Notes under the pieces: generated by a model
Told to the model about the DNA's origin: nothing
Seen by the model: only the letters and a program-made list of their open reading frames with translations
Database searches by the model: none
Made by a program: the position numbers and the translations under genes
Part shown: in pieces, positions 10,621-20,987 of the stretch
How positions within the stretch are numbered: position 1 is the first letter of the stretch
Layout: the number at the start of each line of letters is the position of its first letter
Virus record (IMG/VR): IMGVR_UViG_3300032053_013883
Coordinates: 1,326-65,325 of that record
Direction: 5' to 3' (one strand)
Length of the DNA stretch: 64,000 nucleotides
Source of the DNA: a virus
Taxonomy: Duplodnaviria > Caudoviricetes

Positions 10621-11369
10621 TTTTTAGCCTTATTATAATATGGCATTAATTCATCAATAACTGGGATATAAGGCCATAAATTCATTTCAGTTAACAATTT
10701 AGCAGTTTTATCAGCATTATATGTTGCTGATTTAGTTAGTTTTTCCATTAATGATTTTGGTGTAGCAAATTGAATTGATACTGGATTATCACTAACCCAT
10801 AAAGAAACTCTTGGGCTAATGTTAAAATCTAATTTAGTAGATAAATATATTAATCTAACAACTCTATTTCTATGAGACATTAATGTTATATGCGGATCCA
10901 AACAAGTATCTATTATTTTATTTTCAATATCTTTAATCCCCCTTTTCGTAGGATCTAATATTTCTTTTAAATCAAAAGAACATAATAAAGAATTACAAGT
11001 AAAATCTCTACTAAACATTTCTTTTTGTAATTCGGTAGGATTTTTAATTCCCATATTATTTAATATGCTATTAATATTTGGAGTGTTAAAATTTGAAGAA
11101 AAATCTACACTTAAATTTCCAAATGTCATTGTGCTATGACCATCTGATTTTGTTTCAAATGTTAAATTATATTTTTTTCCTAATTCATCAGCAACTACAT
11201 TTGCTAATGTAAAAATAGATTTATCTCCGGTAGTAATATCTAGATCAGAAATTTGTTTTAATTTTCCAAGCAATTTATCACGAGGAGTCCCTCCGCATAC
11301 AAAAACTGGAGAAGTTTCCCATTTTATATGTAATGCATTAATTTCATTTAACAAATCTCGTAGCTTCAT
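10617..11369 (-). CDS. tRNA nucleotidyltransferase (CCA-adding)/poly(A) polymerase family
   Basis: [11 protein letters not shown] and RDFTCNSL class II nucleotidyltransferase motifs. Confidence 0.85.
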   Translation of the reverse strand: MKLRDLLNEINALHIKWETSPVFVCGGTPRDKLLGKLKQISDLDITTGDKSIFTLANVVADELGKKYNLTFETKSDGHSTMTFGNLSVDFSSNFNTPNINSILNNMGIKNPTELQKEMFSRDFTCNSLLCSFDLKEILDPTKRGIKDIENKIIDTCLDPHITLMSHRNRVVRLIYLSTKLDFNISPRVSLWVSDNPVSIQFATPKSLMEKLTKSATYNADKTAKLLTEMNLWPYIPVIDELMPYYNKAKK

Positions 11370-13267
11370 TATACTCTAGGTGCTGGAGGTGGTGCTGGAG
11401 CTACTGGCGCTGGCGCTGGTGGTAATGGCGCTGGCTCTTCCTCAATTTCTATTTCTGGAGTTTCTTTCATTTGAGTTTGTTCTTGTAAAGCTTGGTCTTC
11501 AAGATCTTTTCTCATTTGTTTTTTCATTTTATCTTGTTCATTAGCATTTTCAAGTTTTTTCTTAATTTGAGCGGCTTGTTCATTAGTTTGTGGCGCTTCA
11601 CCTGGACCTAAATCAATATCTTTACTTTTCATAGTACCACGAAGCTTACTAACAATTTCTTCAAGACGCGTTAAAATATAATTATTACTTTCTAAAGCTT
11701 TATTAGTAGCTTCACTTAATGAAGGAAATAATGAAGATAATCCTAATTTATCCAACATGATATCGGCAAATGATAATCTTCTTGGAAGTTCTCTAGTTTG
11801 AAATATTTTCAATGAATCTTCTAAATAAGATACAACATCTTCTATAGTAACACTATCTAAAGCAGAATCAAATACATTATCAATATTTTTCTTTTCTGGT
11901 AAAGGAATTTCTCCAGAAATATTTTCATTTGTTGGTTTTGCCTTTGAAGGCGCAGCAACAGGTGGTACTGGTGCAATATTTTCTGGGGATGTCATTGGTG
12001 CAGGCACATCTTGTGCAGCCGCAAATAAATCTGAATCATTAACCTCTAGCACATCATTATCAATTACTTCTAAAACATCATCTGATTTTTGTTCATCAGT
12101 TACATTTGATGTTTCTAAATTATTCAAAAATTGTTTAATTGCCTCTGGTTTATTATCTTTTGTTGGCGCTACAGCTTTTGCTGGTGTTGGCGGGGTTCCA
12201 GGTGCTGGCAATGGTTCTGGCTTATTATCAGATGGTGGTGAAGATGGCGGCGCAGGAGGTGCTGGCGCTGGTGGTGGGGCTGGTTGAGTAGGAGATGGTG
12301 GTGGTGGATTTGTTGGAGTTTTATTTCCTGGTGGCACCATTCCAGGACCAGTTGAAGGCAATCCCCCAACATTACCTGATCCTTGTGATGGTGGTGCGGG
12401 AGGAGGTGGTAATGGCATTGTTTGAGCAATCTTATGTAAAACAAATGCCGCTTTTAAATATCCATTTTTATCCAAAACATTAGCTTCACGAATAATCATA
12501 TCTTGATATGTTTTCAAAGAGGATGATTTTTTATTTAATAAATTAACCTTTTTCTTTAAACTATAAATGGCATCAATTAAATTTTCAAATTCTGTTCCTG
12601 CTAATAATTGTCCAGAATCTGAGCGCAATAATTTTTCAACAGAATCTAATCTGCTAATTAATTTAAATCTTTGTTTTTCTATAAGTGCTGACTTTTCGGC
12701 ATTATCATTAATATTTGCAACAACTTGATCTCTAGAAAAATCAATACTTTTTTCAGATGGACGAATAGGATCTTTATCAATAGGAAGAGTATATCCTGGC
12801 ATAAAATCATTAACATAATAAGTTTGAGCGAATTTATATTTTACATAATCTCCGCTCTCATAAAATTTAAGCCAATTAACAAAATCATATTTTTCAGGCT
12901 CATCCCAACCATTGGTAACTTGATTAATGGCATTATTTCTGCTTTGCCCTTGTTTTTCTTGTTGATATAAAGATTTAGCTGTATCAATCCATTTTTGAGT
13001 ATCTCTTTGTCCTGGAACACGAATATAATCAATATTTGGATAAGCTATTCTTTGATCAAGAATTTCATCTTCGGGCGCTGGCAAGCCTTTTAATAATTCT
13101 TCTAGTCTACGAAATTTTTTCAAATCTATTTCTTGACCAGTTTCTTCTTGAAGCCTTTTAAGCTGCTCATCAGAAATTGTTCTATTTTTAGGGTCACCAT
13201 GCAATAATTCTTCAATACGTGGCGTCATAAATAAACTTTCTTTTTCATCAGATTTATGCTTGGTCAT
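11369..13267 (-). CDS. Large Pro-rich hypothetical protein, putative virion/scaffold protein
   Basis: 632 aa; helical domains separated by Pro-rich linkers. Confidence 0.65.
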   Translation of the reverse strand: MTKHKSDEKESLFMTPRIEELLHGDPKNRTISDEQLKRLQEETGQEIDLKKFRRLEELLKGLPAPEDEILDQRIAYPNIDYIRVPGQRDTQKWIDTAKSLYQQEKQGQSRNNAINQVTNGWDEPEKYDFVNWLKFYESGDYVKYKFAQTYYVNDFMPGYTLPIDKDPIRPSEKSIDFSRDQVVANINDNAEKSALIEKQRFKLISRLDSVEKLLRSDSGQLLAGTEFENLIDAIYSLKKKVNLLNKKSSSLKTYQDMIIREANVLDKNGYLKAAFVLHKIAQTMPLPPPPAPPSQGSGNVGGLPSTGPGMVPPGNKTPTNPPPPSPTQPAPPPAPAPPAPPSSPPSDNKPEPLPAPGTPPTPAKAVAPTKDNKPEAIKQFLNNLETSNVTDEQKSDDVLEVIDNDVLEVNDSDLFAAAQDVPAPMTSPENIAPVPPVAAPSKAKPTNENISGEIPLPEKKNIDNVFDSALDSVTIEDVVSYLEDSLKIFQTRELPRRLSFADIMLDKLGLSSLFPSLSEATNKALESNNYILTRLEEIVSKLRGTMKSKDIDLGPGEAPQTNEQAAQIKKKLENANEQDKMKKQMRKDLEDQALQEQTQMKETPEIEIEEEPAPLPPAPAPVAPAPPPAPRV

Positions 13268-14022
13268 GGCTCACCATTTAATTTCTTGTTTATAGTTTCG
13301 TTTAATACTTTAGCTTCAGCTAATCTAGTTTCGGTATTTAAAGATTCTTCTTTTGGAGCCTTAAGCTTTGACATTTTTTCATTAAAAACATCCATAAAAT
13401 ATAAGGAGGTTTCAAGGTCCATTTTAGAAAGAATTTCTTTAATTGTCTCATAAAATACAGAAATATGCTGATCTACAACCTGCAAAGTTACTTGGTGCTG
13501 AATTATTTGATCAGGGGGAGCAATAACCAATTTATGATATTTTTCAAGCATATTACCTAAAACATCAAACCATTCGATTAGAACCCTGTCTAATCTTGTA
13601 TTAATATTTCTGGGGTCTTCTTGAATTGCATCGAAAACCTGACCCGCTCTGGTTTCAATGGCTACAACCATATTTGTAATCATTTTCTTTATATCAACTT
13701 CACTGCCCGCCAATTCAATCATTTTATCTTTATATGCCCTACTGTTTTTAACAGCTAGTGTGGCTTGTTCGTCTGGCGACAATGTAATATTTTGAGATGT
13801 TTTTAATACATCTTCTTTAATTTGAGTATAAAGATCTAAATAATTTTCTTGGAAATTTTTTAATGTTTTTTCTGAAATAACAAATTTAGACTCACTAACA
13901 TTAGTATACTTAGCTTGAAGCCACTCATGTATATCTTTTGATGTTAAGCCTATAATTAGTTTGGCTATTAATTCATCCTTGTCTGGATGATCTAAAATTT
14001 TTAAAAGAGAGTTCTTATTCAT
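13264..14022 (-). CDS. Hypothetical protein (N-terminal HTH-like region; candidate small terminase)
   Basis: ILDHPDKDELIAKLIIGLTSKDIHEWL followed by helices; function inferred from context only. Confidence 0.5.
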   Translation of the reverse strand: MNKNSLLKILDHPDKDELIAKLIIGLTSKDIHEWLQAKYTNVSESKFVISEKTLKNFQENYLDLYTQIKEDVLKTSQNITLSPDEQATLAVKNSRAYKDKMIELAGSEVDIKKMITNMVVAIETRAGQVFDAIQEDPRNINTRLDRVLIEWFDVLGNMLEKYHKLVIAPPDQIIQHQVTLQVVDQHISVFYETIKEILSKMDLETSLYFMDVFNEKMSKLKAPKEESLNTETRLAEAKVLNETINKKLNGEP

Positions 14023-14049
14023 ACATAATATATATCTATATATTATATA

Positions 14050-14763
14050 TTATTGATTAAATCCCTGTAAACGTGACTCCCTGGAATCAAAGATCGCATG
14101 AGATTCTTGTCTTTGAACTGCGCTTTGACCTTCAACACCACCGCCTGGAACTTTAGATCCATTATTCAATGTAAATCCAGTATCATAATTATAAATCTTT
14201 TTATCTAAAGCACATTGCCAAGTATGTTCTCCAACTCTAGCAACTTGGGCGCCAGGATGATCTGGACATCCCCTTATGCTTAATGGAGCTTCTAAAATTC
14301 TATATTCTTTTGACATTGGGCTATCTTTAATAGCCTTTTCTGAATCAGAAATTTTATTCATATCATCTAAAGCTTCTCTTGGATCTTGATATTTTCTTCT
14401 AAGATCTTCAAGTCTTGTATCTTCTGCATTTTTATCAGAATCACTTTTTGGAGGGGCAGCAATTGTTAATAATAATTCATCGATTACTGATGCCATTTTT
14501 TGAAGTTTTTCGTCGCCAGATAAATCAAATGCACTAGCAACATTCCCTAATTCTTCAATAGAAGAATCTGTTAAATTACTTGCATCTGGCGGTTCAATTA
14601 CATCAACTTCATTTGCAGCTTTACGAAGAATGGCTGCAGCTTCTACACAAGAATTAGCAACAATATCAATACATTGATCATCATATTCAGATAATAATAA
14701 AGCTTCATTATCTGGACTTTCTAACCAGCTTGCTATTGCTGTAAGCATTTCTGAAATTCTCAT
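14050..14763 (-). CDS. Hypothetical protein
   Basis: 237 aa, acidic; CPDHPG...C possible metal site. Confidence 0.65.
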   Translation of the reverse strand: MRISEMLTAIASWLESPDNEALLLSEYDDQCIDIVANSCVEAAAILRKAANEVDVIEPPDASNLTDSSIEELGNVASAFDLSGDEKLQKMASVIDELLLTIAAPPKSDSDKNAEDTRLEDLRRKYQDPREALDDMNKISDSEKAIKDSPMSKEYRILEAPLSIRGCPDHPGAQVARVGEHTWQCALDKKIYNYDTGFTLNNGSKVPGGGVEGQSAVQRQESHAIFDSRESRLQGFNQ

Positions 14764-16214
14764 AGTTTATCTCCATATCCTTCATATTTATGAGGATCTA
14801 TCTCATGCTCTAATATTGATTGTGCTTCTAAAAGTCGTCCCAAGCGTTCAATTTCAGAATGTAATCTACTATTCTCTTTAATTAAAGTATTTTGATCATT
14901 AGTTATTTCATCTAATCTATTTTTATTTTTACCAAATACTTTTTTCATACTTTCAAATTTTTGAATCATTTCATCATTTTTCTTAATCTTTTCATTTACT
15001 CTCAAAATATTTCTTCTAACTTCTTCATATTCTTCTTCCATTTTTGATTCTTGAAGTTTTGCAAGCTCTCTTCTTAATGTTTCATTTTTAATTTTATGAA
15101 GTTGTGCTGCCGAGTTTGGTCCAGGCAATCTTCCTCTAGTTAATTTAGAAAGTTGAGTCATATATTCGTGATAAGTTATTTCACGATTTTTCATTCTTCT
15201 ACCTAATTCTTGGAGTTTGCCCTGTGGCTCAACTATTGGAAGCTCGCCAGTTTCTTCTGGAACTTCAATATCAGAATGTTGTTTTTGAACTAACTCTTTA
15301 TTATATTCTTTTCTAAGAAGCCTAGATACTTCACTTTTAAATGCTTTCTTTTCTGCATCACTAATATCATGTCCTCTATTATAGCGTGTAATAATAGATT
15401 CTAAAAATGGTCTCAATTCACTATTATTAATCATAGCAAAAGTTTTTTCATCATTAATCCCAAATTGTGAACCATAATTATCAAGCCAAGCTTCTTTTGC
15501 GGCAACATCTATAATTTTATATCTTTGAGGTTTTATTTTTTTCCAATTAATTGATGGTAATAATAATGCTGCTCTTAATTTATTAATAACACTGTGCATT
15601 AACCCCAATACTTTTTCTGCATGTAGCATATATTTAGAATAAGCCTGTTGCTTAATTTGATCCATAGCTGTTGATGTAGATTGTCTGCTCTTAAATCCAG
15701 TAGAGCCTTCAAGAGAACCACCGCCTCTTGTTTTAACTGTTGTGCCAAAATTTGCATTTAAATCTTCAATTGGAAGATTCATTGTAAATGAATAAGGATC
15801 AATATTTGGAGCCTCATCTTCTGTCATAGGTTCATCTTCAAGATCTGCTATAAATGCAGTATTTCCATTTCTAATATCTTGAACTAATTCCTTTTCAGCA
15901 GTTTCTAATAACTCTAATGGATCATTTAAATCTTCAGCTTCCCATTGATTTGCTGCTGCCCCAAGAGCTTTTACAATAAATTTAGCTGGAGGATAATTAT
16001 ACATTTCAGCATATGTAAAAAATGTTACCCAAATTGTTTTAGATGGATCTATTTTTTTTAAACTCAAAAGGCTATCTCTAGCATCTCTTTCTTGAGATGG
16101 ATTACGCTCTTTAATATCTTTGCTTACTTGAGGATCAATTAAAGGATCTTCTTCAGCAGCAATTTTATATTTAAAAAATATAATATTAGCTAATCTTAGA
16201 ATTCTGTTTGTCAT
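14760..16214 (-). CDS. Hypothetical coiled-coil protein
   Basis: 484 aa; C-terminal coiled coil. Confidence 0.65.
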   Translation of the reverse strand: MTNRILRLANIIFFKYKIAAEEDPLIDPQVSKDIKERNPSQERDARDSLLSLKKIDPSKTIWVTFFTYAEMYNYPPAKFIVKALGAAANQWEAEDLNDPLELLETAEKELVQDIRNGNTAFIADLEDEPMTEDEAPNIDPYSFTMNLPIEDLNANFGTTVKTRGGGSLEGSTGFKSRQSTSTAMDQIKQQAYSKYMLHAEKVLGLMHSVINKLRAALLLPSINWKKIKPQRYKIIDVAAKEAWLDNYGSQFGINDEKTFAMINNSELRPFLESIITRYNRGHDISDAEKKAFKSEVSRLLRKEYNKELVQKQHSDIEVPEETGELPIVEPQGKLQELGRRMKNREITYHEYMTQLSKLTRGRLPGPNSAAQLHKIKNETLRRELAKLQESKMEEEYEEVRRNILRVNEKIKKNDEMIQKFESMKKVFGKNKNRLDEITNDQNTLIKENSRLHSEIERLGRLLEAQSILEHEIDPHKYEGYGDKL

Positions 16215-16216
16215 TA

Positions 16217-17830
16217 TTATCCAAGGATTTTAGCATTCATAAAATATGCACCTTGATAAGTCTCATCAATATCTCTTCTATAAAGTGGTCTACAATTTCC
16301 ATCTTTATCTTGATAAACCTTATTAAGAGGTAAGTTTGTATGAGCACAAATTGGATGTTGACTATTTTTTGCATTCTTAATAATCATTGAGCATTTGCTT
16401 TCGGCTTCTTTAGTAAATTCACCGGATAAACATTCCTTATAAATATTAAAAGCATAAGCATAAATCTTAGCATCGCCCATTTGATGTAATACATTCAAAG
16501 CATCTTCTGCTAATGAATGATTTCCAGACGCCACTGCATTTCTAATATTTTGAATTAAATCTGCTGGTTTTAATCCAAATTGTGGAGAGGCAACTGCTGC
16601 AACTTTATAATCAGCTTGTTTTTCAGCATATAATTTATTAATTCCTGATTTATCAAAAGGAACAATAGATCCATTACAAATTAATACAGCTGGTTTAACT
16701 AATTTACCATTAACTAATTTAAATGGAACTGTAAATGCAGTGGCTCCAGCATCTAATGAAATACCATAAAAAATAGTATTTTTATCACTATTAGTTACTG
16801 TTACTTGTGCATTTGTAAATCCAAATCCAACTAAATCTCTTACAATGGACTCTCTTGCTGCTGCCACTTTTTCTTTTCCAAAATTAAGATTTGCAACACC
16901 TGATGGTGATGAAAATTGTTTTTCAAATGTTTCAAACTCATCTGATTTAGCTAATTTAACATCACCTTTAGCAACTTCATCAATTTTTTGTCCAGTTACT
17001 TGATTTGCAAAGAATTGTTCTTTATTTAATCTGGAGGCTTTTAAATTCGCTAATGCTAATTCTGCACCGCTAATTTCTGTATTTTCTGAAGCTGCCTTAT
17101 TTAAAACACTAACAATTGCTTCCGCATTAACATTTAATTTATTTCCAGCAAAAGAAGAAACATATTTTTTAACTGTTTGATGGTTAATTTCTTGAGGACC
17201 AGCATTTCCCATAAAAAGTGATGGCTCTAATGCCTTATCATTTTTTGTTTCAACTGGAATATAAAAACTTGTTATTCCTTTAGGAGTATCATAATCAGCT
17301 TTTATAACAATAAATTTATCAGATCCATTTGCAACACTAATTCCATTAGGCTTTAAATTAATTCCATCCAATATAGATAATACTAATTTTTGAGCTTTAG
17401 TCGCCAAATCTTTTGAATACAATTTAACTGGTAAATTTTTATCAAAAACGCTTTCCAGTGCATTTGCTAAGACGGCATCTCCAGTATTATTTGTTTCAAC
17501 TTGAGAAGTATTAGGGTCTCTTTCATACAATTTTGGTGTTGATAATTGATCTGTTTGACCTAATTCTTCTTGAAATAATTCTGCAAATTTTGTATTGCGA
17601 GAATGTAATCTTTTATATAAGTCTTGTAATTCTGCTTTTCTAATAAAAACATTATTATTTAAAGACATCTGCTCTACAACTCTGTGCATGGTGCCAATAG
17701 TTTGGTCATGTGGATACATTTCCAAACATTTAGCCAGCTTAACCTTTAATAAAGGTATAGCTATTTTTTCTTGAGCATCCACCGTTTTTGATAGAGAACC
17801 TACTAATTTTTGTAATTGATCAAAACTCAT
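16217..17830 (-). CDS. Hypothetical protein, putative structural
   Basis: 537 aa; two internally similar beta-rich segments (SFYIPVE / AFTVPFK); SD AGGTG. Confidence 0.65.
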   Translation of the reverse strand: MSFDQLQKLVGSLSKTVDAQEKIAIPLLKVKLAKCLEMYPHDQTIGTMHRVVEQMSLNNNVFIRKAELQDLYKRLHSRNTKFAELFQEELGQTDQLSTPKLYERDPNTSQVETNNTGDAVLANALESVFDKNLPVKLYSKDLATKAQKLVLSILDGINLKPNGISVANGSDKFIVIKADYDTPKGITSFYIPVETKNDKALEPSLFMGNAGPQEINHQTVKKYVSSFAGNKLNVNAEAIVSVLNKAASENTEISGAELALANLKASRLNKEQFFANQVTGQKIDEVAKGDVKLAKSDEFETFEKQFSSPSGVANLNFGKEKVAAARESIVRDLVGFGFTNAQVTVTNSDKNTIFYGISLDAGATAFTVPFKLVNGKLVKPAVLICNGSIVPFDKSGINKLYAEKQADYKVAAVASPQFGLKPADLIQNIRNAVASGNHSLAEDALNVLHQMGDAKIYAYAFNIYKECLSGEFTKEAESKCSMIIKNAKNSQHPICAHTNLPLNKVYQDKDGNCRPLYRRDIDETYQGAYFMNAKILG

Positions 17831-17847
17831 ATAACACCTATATGTAT

Positions 17848-18306
17848 TTAAGCTAATTCAGGGTATTTGGTTAAAACTTCTTTTTTGGATGGCAAGCTCA
17901 ATTCTGACAATAAAGCTTTAACCAACTTTGAATTTTCTGCTAATTTACGAGGTAAGTAATCGCTAACCTTATCTAGTTCATTTTTTGGAATTCCTAATTT
18001 TTGAGATGCCAAATTTACAATTGGATCTCCTTTATAAGAAATTTGAATAGTGCTGGCGGTCTTATTAACCAAGACTTCCCAAGCAATAGCTTCCTTTACA
18101 TCTTCATTTTCATATAATGAAACAATGTAATCGCCATCATCGGCGCTTTGGACTTGCCATAACTCAGCACCCTTATCACTATCTTTAAAGCGGACCACAT
18201 CGAAGGCTACAGTCTCTAAAAGATGTTTAACATCATTTAAGCGATAAGCTTTTTTATAAATTTTATTATTTAAGTTTGAATAGTCAACTGAGAACTTTGG
18301 CATCAT
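17848..18306 (-). CDS. Hypothetical protein
   Basis: 152 aa; SD GGAG. Confidence 0.65.
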   Translation of the reverse strand: MMPKFSVDYSNLNNKIYKKAYRLNDVKHLLETVAFDVVRFKDSDKGAELWQVQSADDGDYIVSLYENEDVKEAIAWEVLVNKTASTIQISYKGDPIVNLASQKLGIPKNELDKVSDYLPRKLAENSKLVKALLSELSLPSKKEVLTKYPELA

Positions 18307-18403
18307 ATCTCCATTTTACGCAAATCACGCCTATATAGATAAACAAATATTGATACCTATTACGTTTTTTATTTATATATAGAGATATTAATAAAATTAA
18401 AAC

Positions 18404-18439
18404 AAAAAAGCCGGCTAAGATTTCTCTTGCCGGCTTTTT
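18404..18439. terminator. Intrinsic terminator (bidirectional-type)
   Basis: AAAAAAGCCGGC-TAAGATTTCTCTT-GCCGGCTTTTT: GC stem with T tracts on both strands, between the replication and structural blocks. Confidence 0.85.
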
Positions 18440-18465
18440 ATTATTTTATACTTTTACCTTCCTAA

Positions 18466-18912
18466 TTAGTATTTTTCGCTTCTGATCTCTGCCATTTTTG
18501 CTAAAATTTCTTTTATCTTATCATCTTTCTCTGTAATTTTATTTAATTTCTTTTTCGCTCCACCGTAAATGCGCTTGCCATTTTTATAATCAACATTACC
18601 ATTTAATGATTTAGTAATTGAGCTTTGATTTACATTAAGCATTTTAGCAATTTCCATTTGGGTATATCCGTCCGCATATAATCTAATTACTTGTTTTTGT
18701 CTTGGGGTTAAAAGATTATCTACAATTCTCCAAAATTCTTTTTTAAGTTCATCTTCTAATTCTATTAGATTTTCATCATAATGATATGGGTTAAGCCTAT
18801 TATAAATACTGTCTGTATTAGAAAATGATTCTAATGTATCATTTGAACAAGACACTTCGAGCAAAAGATGCTGATAAGAATCTGAGCGATTTTTTCTTTT
18901 TTCTCTTTCCAT
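18466..18912 (-). CDS. Sigma-70 region-4-like HTH protein
   Basis: LTPRQKQVIRLYADGYTQMEIAKMLNVNQSSI; no region 2 recognisable. Confidence 0.75.
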   Translation of the reverse strand: MEREKRKNRSDSYQHLLLEVSCSNDTLESFSNTDSIYNRLNPYHYDENLIELEDELKKEFWRIVDNLLTPRQKQVIRLYADGYTQMEIAKMLNVNQSSITKSLNGNVDYKNGKRIYGGAKKKLNKITEKDDKIKEILAKMAEIRSEKY

Positions 18913-18929
18913 AAGATCTCCTTTGAATT

Positions 18930-19691
18930 TTATAATTTATCTCTTACTTCAAAAGATAAAGAATCATAACTATTTTGAGATAGGTATTCGTCTATATCCT
19001 TATAAGGATTTGGCAAATAGAAATTTCTTATGTTTGCATAATTTCCAAACACATTAATTATTTTTGCCCTCCCCTTTTCACCGGCTTCATCACCATCCAA
19101 TAATAAAAATATATTATTGGTGTATCTGCTAATGAGGGAAAATTGATAGATTGTCATATTAGAATTGCCTAAAGCAACAATATTTTTAAATCCAGCCTCA
19201 TGAGCCTTTATAACGTCAAACTGACCCTCAACAATATATACCGAATCTTGTTCCAAGATTGATTGTTTTGCAGCATATAATCCAAATAAAAAATTACCTT
19301 TTTGAAAAACAGTATTTTTATATTTAGCAATATTTAATTTCTTTCTATCATCATCTGATAATAAGCTTCTTCCAACTAAACCAACAATGTTGCCATATGT
19401 ATCATGGTAAGGCATAATTAAAGGATAATTTTCAAAATACAATGAATTAATAGATCTTGGACCCCAAGAATCCTCAATTTCCTTATGAAATAATAATTTC
19501 AATTTTTCTAATTCATCGTTACCTATCAATGTTGTTAAAAGTGAAATATTATTAATTCCTGGAAAATATCCAAAATTAAAATTTTTCTGACTATCTTTAG
19601 ATAATCTATTATCCAAATACTCTTTACACACACTAGCACCAGGATAGTTATTTAATAAATAAGAACATGACTCTACAATTTTATCAAACAT
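18930..19691 (-). CDS. dnaG: DNA primase catalytic core (TOPRIM), lacking the Zn-binding domain
   Basis: YL..R, FGYFP, GR, KYKN, IVEGQFDV, LDGDEAG, KDIDE. Confidence 0.9.
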   Translation of the reverse strand: MFDKIVESCSYLLNNYPGASVCKEYLDNRLSKDSQKNFNFGYFPGINNISLLTTLIGNDELEKLKLLFHKEIEDSWGPRSINSLYFENYPLIMPYHDTYGNIVGLVGRSLLSDDDRKKLNIAKYKNTVFQKGNFLFGLYAAKQSILEQDSVYIVEGQFDVIKAHEAGFKNIVALGNSNMTIYQFSLISRYTNNIFLLLDGDEAGEKGRAKIINVFGNYANIRNFYLPNPYKDIDEYLSQNSYDSLSFEVRDKL

Positions 19692-20028
19692 CTTTATCTA
19701 CCGTTTTTAACTTTTCTTTTAACATTTCTTTAAAATGATCACTTACATTGTCTAATGGCTGTTTACAACTTCCACATATAACTTCTCCATTATTATGAAG
19801 CATTGGGCGCTTGGTCGCGTTACATTTATTACATTTAACAGAAAATGGAACCTTTTCTGGCTTTTTAAATTGTTTTGAGCTTTTCATTTGAGCTATTGCA
19901 AAACTACTTATATTAAGTATTTCTTTATCACATTCAGAACAATGTGGCTTATTTGTTGTAAGATCTAAATATGGCTCTTGAAATTTATAACATCCTTTAT
20001 TTGTACAATTCGTTGTAAATGCCATCAT
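19684..20028 (-). CDS. Zinc-ribbon protein
   Basis: Four Cys pairs in 114 aa. Confidence 0.65.
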   Translation of the reverse strand: MMAFTTNCTNKGCYKFQEPYLDLTTNKPHCSECDKEILNISSFAIAQMKSSKQFKKPEKVPFSVKCNKCNATKRPMLHNNGEVICGSCKQPLDNVSDHFKEMLKEKLKTVDKDV

Positions 20029-20987
20029 TAATCCTTATTTTTTAGAAAATCAATTAGTTTATTAGTATCTTTAGGATAATCAATATTCATAACCACATTA
20101 TGTGGACCCTCTCTGCCTACTCCTAAATTAGGTATTGATACTATATCTTTGTTTTTAGAACTTGGTGGGACCTCTATCATATGCTGACCATCCAATGTTA
20201 TAATTTCTATAGAGCAACCAGTTAATGCATCTAATAAAGAAATATCACAATTAGTAACAATAGCATTTCCATCTATTTTAAATCTTAAATCCTCAGCAAC
20301 TATAAGATGTAAAAATGCATCAGTATATTGATCTATTAATTGGTTCGTAAATGGATTTTGCCCAGACCCAACATATTCTCCCTTGCCAGCAATTCTAAGA
20401 ATATTTCCATTTTTAACACCTCCAGGAATAGTTACAGTAATAGAAGTGTCAGCCTCTAAAACACATTTACCCACACATTCAGTGCATTGTTTAATATTTT
20501 GTTTTCCTTTACAAACATTACAGGGTTGAAAAAATGATATAGGTCCTTGTCTAGAAAATATTCTGCCTGTACCGCCACAAGTGCCGCAGCCATTAGACTC
20601 TATAATTTGCCCTTGTCCTCCACAAGATTCGCATTTTACATTTCTTTTATATTGAATATCTTTTTTACAGCCAAAAACGCCTTCTTTAAATGTTAAAGTT
20701 ATACTACTATGGATCTCCCTAATAACCCTGTGTTTTCTCATATGTTGATTTATAAAATCTTCTAAATCAATTCCAGAATTATTCTGGTTAAATTGTGGCT
20801 CATTATCTTTTCCAGATTGTATTACAGAATACGCTTCATTAATTTTTTTAAACTTATCATCTGCATTTGTGTCTTTATTAACATCAGGATGATATTTTTT
20901 AGTTAATTTTCTATATTGTTTTTTAATTTCTTCTGGAGTAGCATCAGAAGATAACTCAAGTATCAAGTAAGCTTCACTTCTTCTCAT
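20028..20987 (-). CDS. dnaJ: DnaJ chaperone
   Basis: J domain with HPD; CxxCxGxG zinc repeats; C-terminal domain. Confidence 0.93.
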   Translation of the reverse strand: MRRSEAYLILELSSDATPEEIKKQYRKLTKKYHPDVNKDTNADDKFKKINEAYSVIQSGKDNEPQFNQNNSGIDLEDFINQHMRKHRVIREIHSSITLTFKEGVFGCKKDIQYKRNVKCESCGGQGQIIESNGCGTCGGTGRIFSRQGPISFFQPCNVCKGKQNIKQCTECVGKCVLEADTSITVTIPGGVKNGNILRIAGKGEYVGSGQNPFTNQLIDQYTDAFLHLIVAEDLRFKIDGNAIVTNCDISLLDALTGCSIEIITLDGQHMIEVPPSSKNKDIVSIPNLGVGREGPHNVVMNIDYPKDTNKLIDFLKNKD

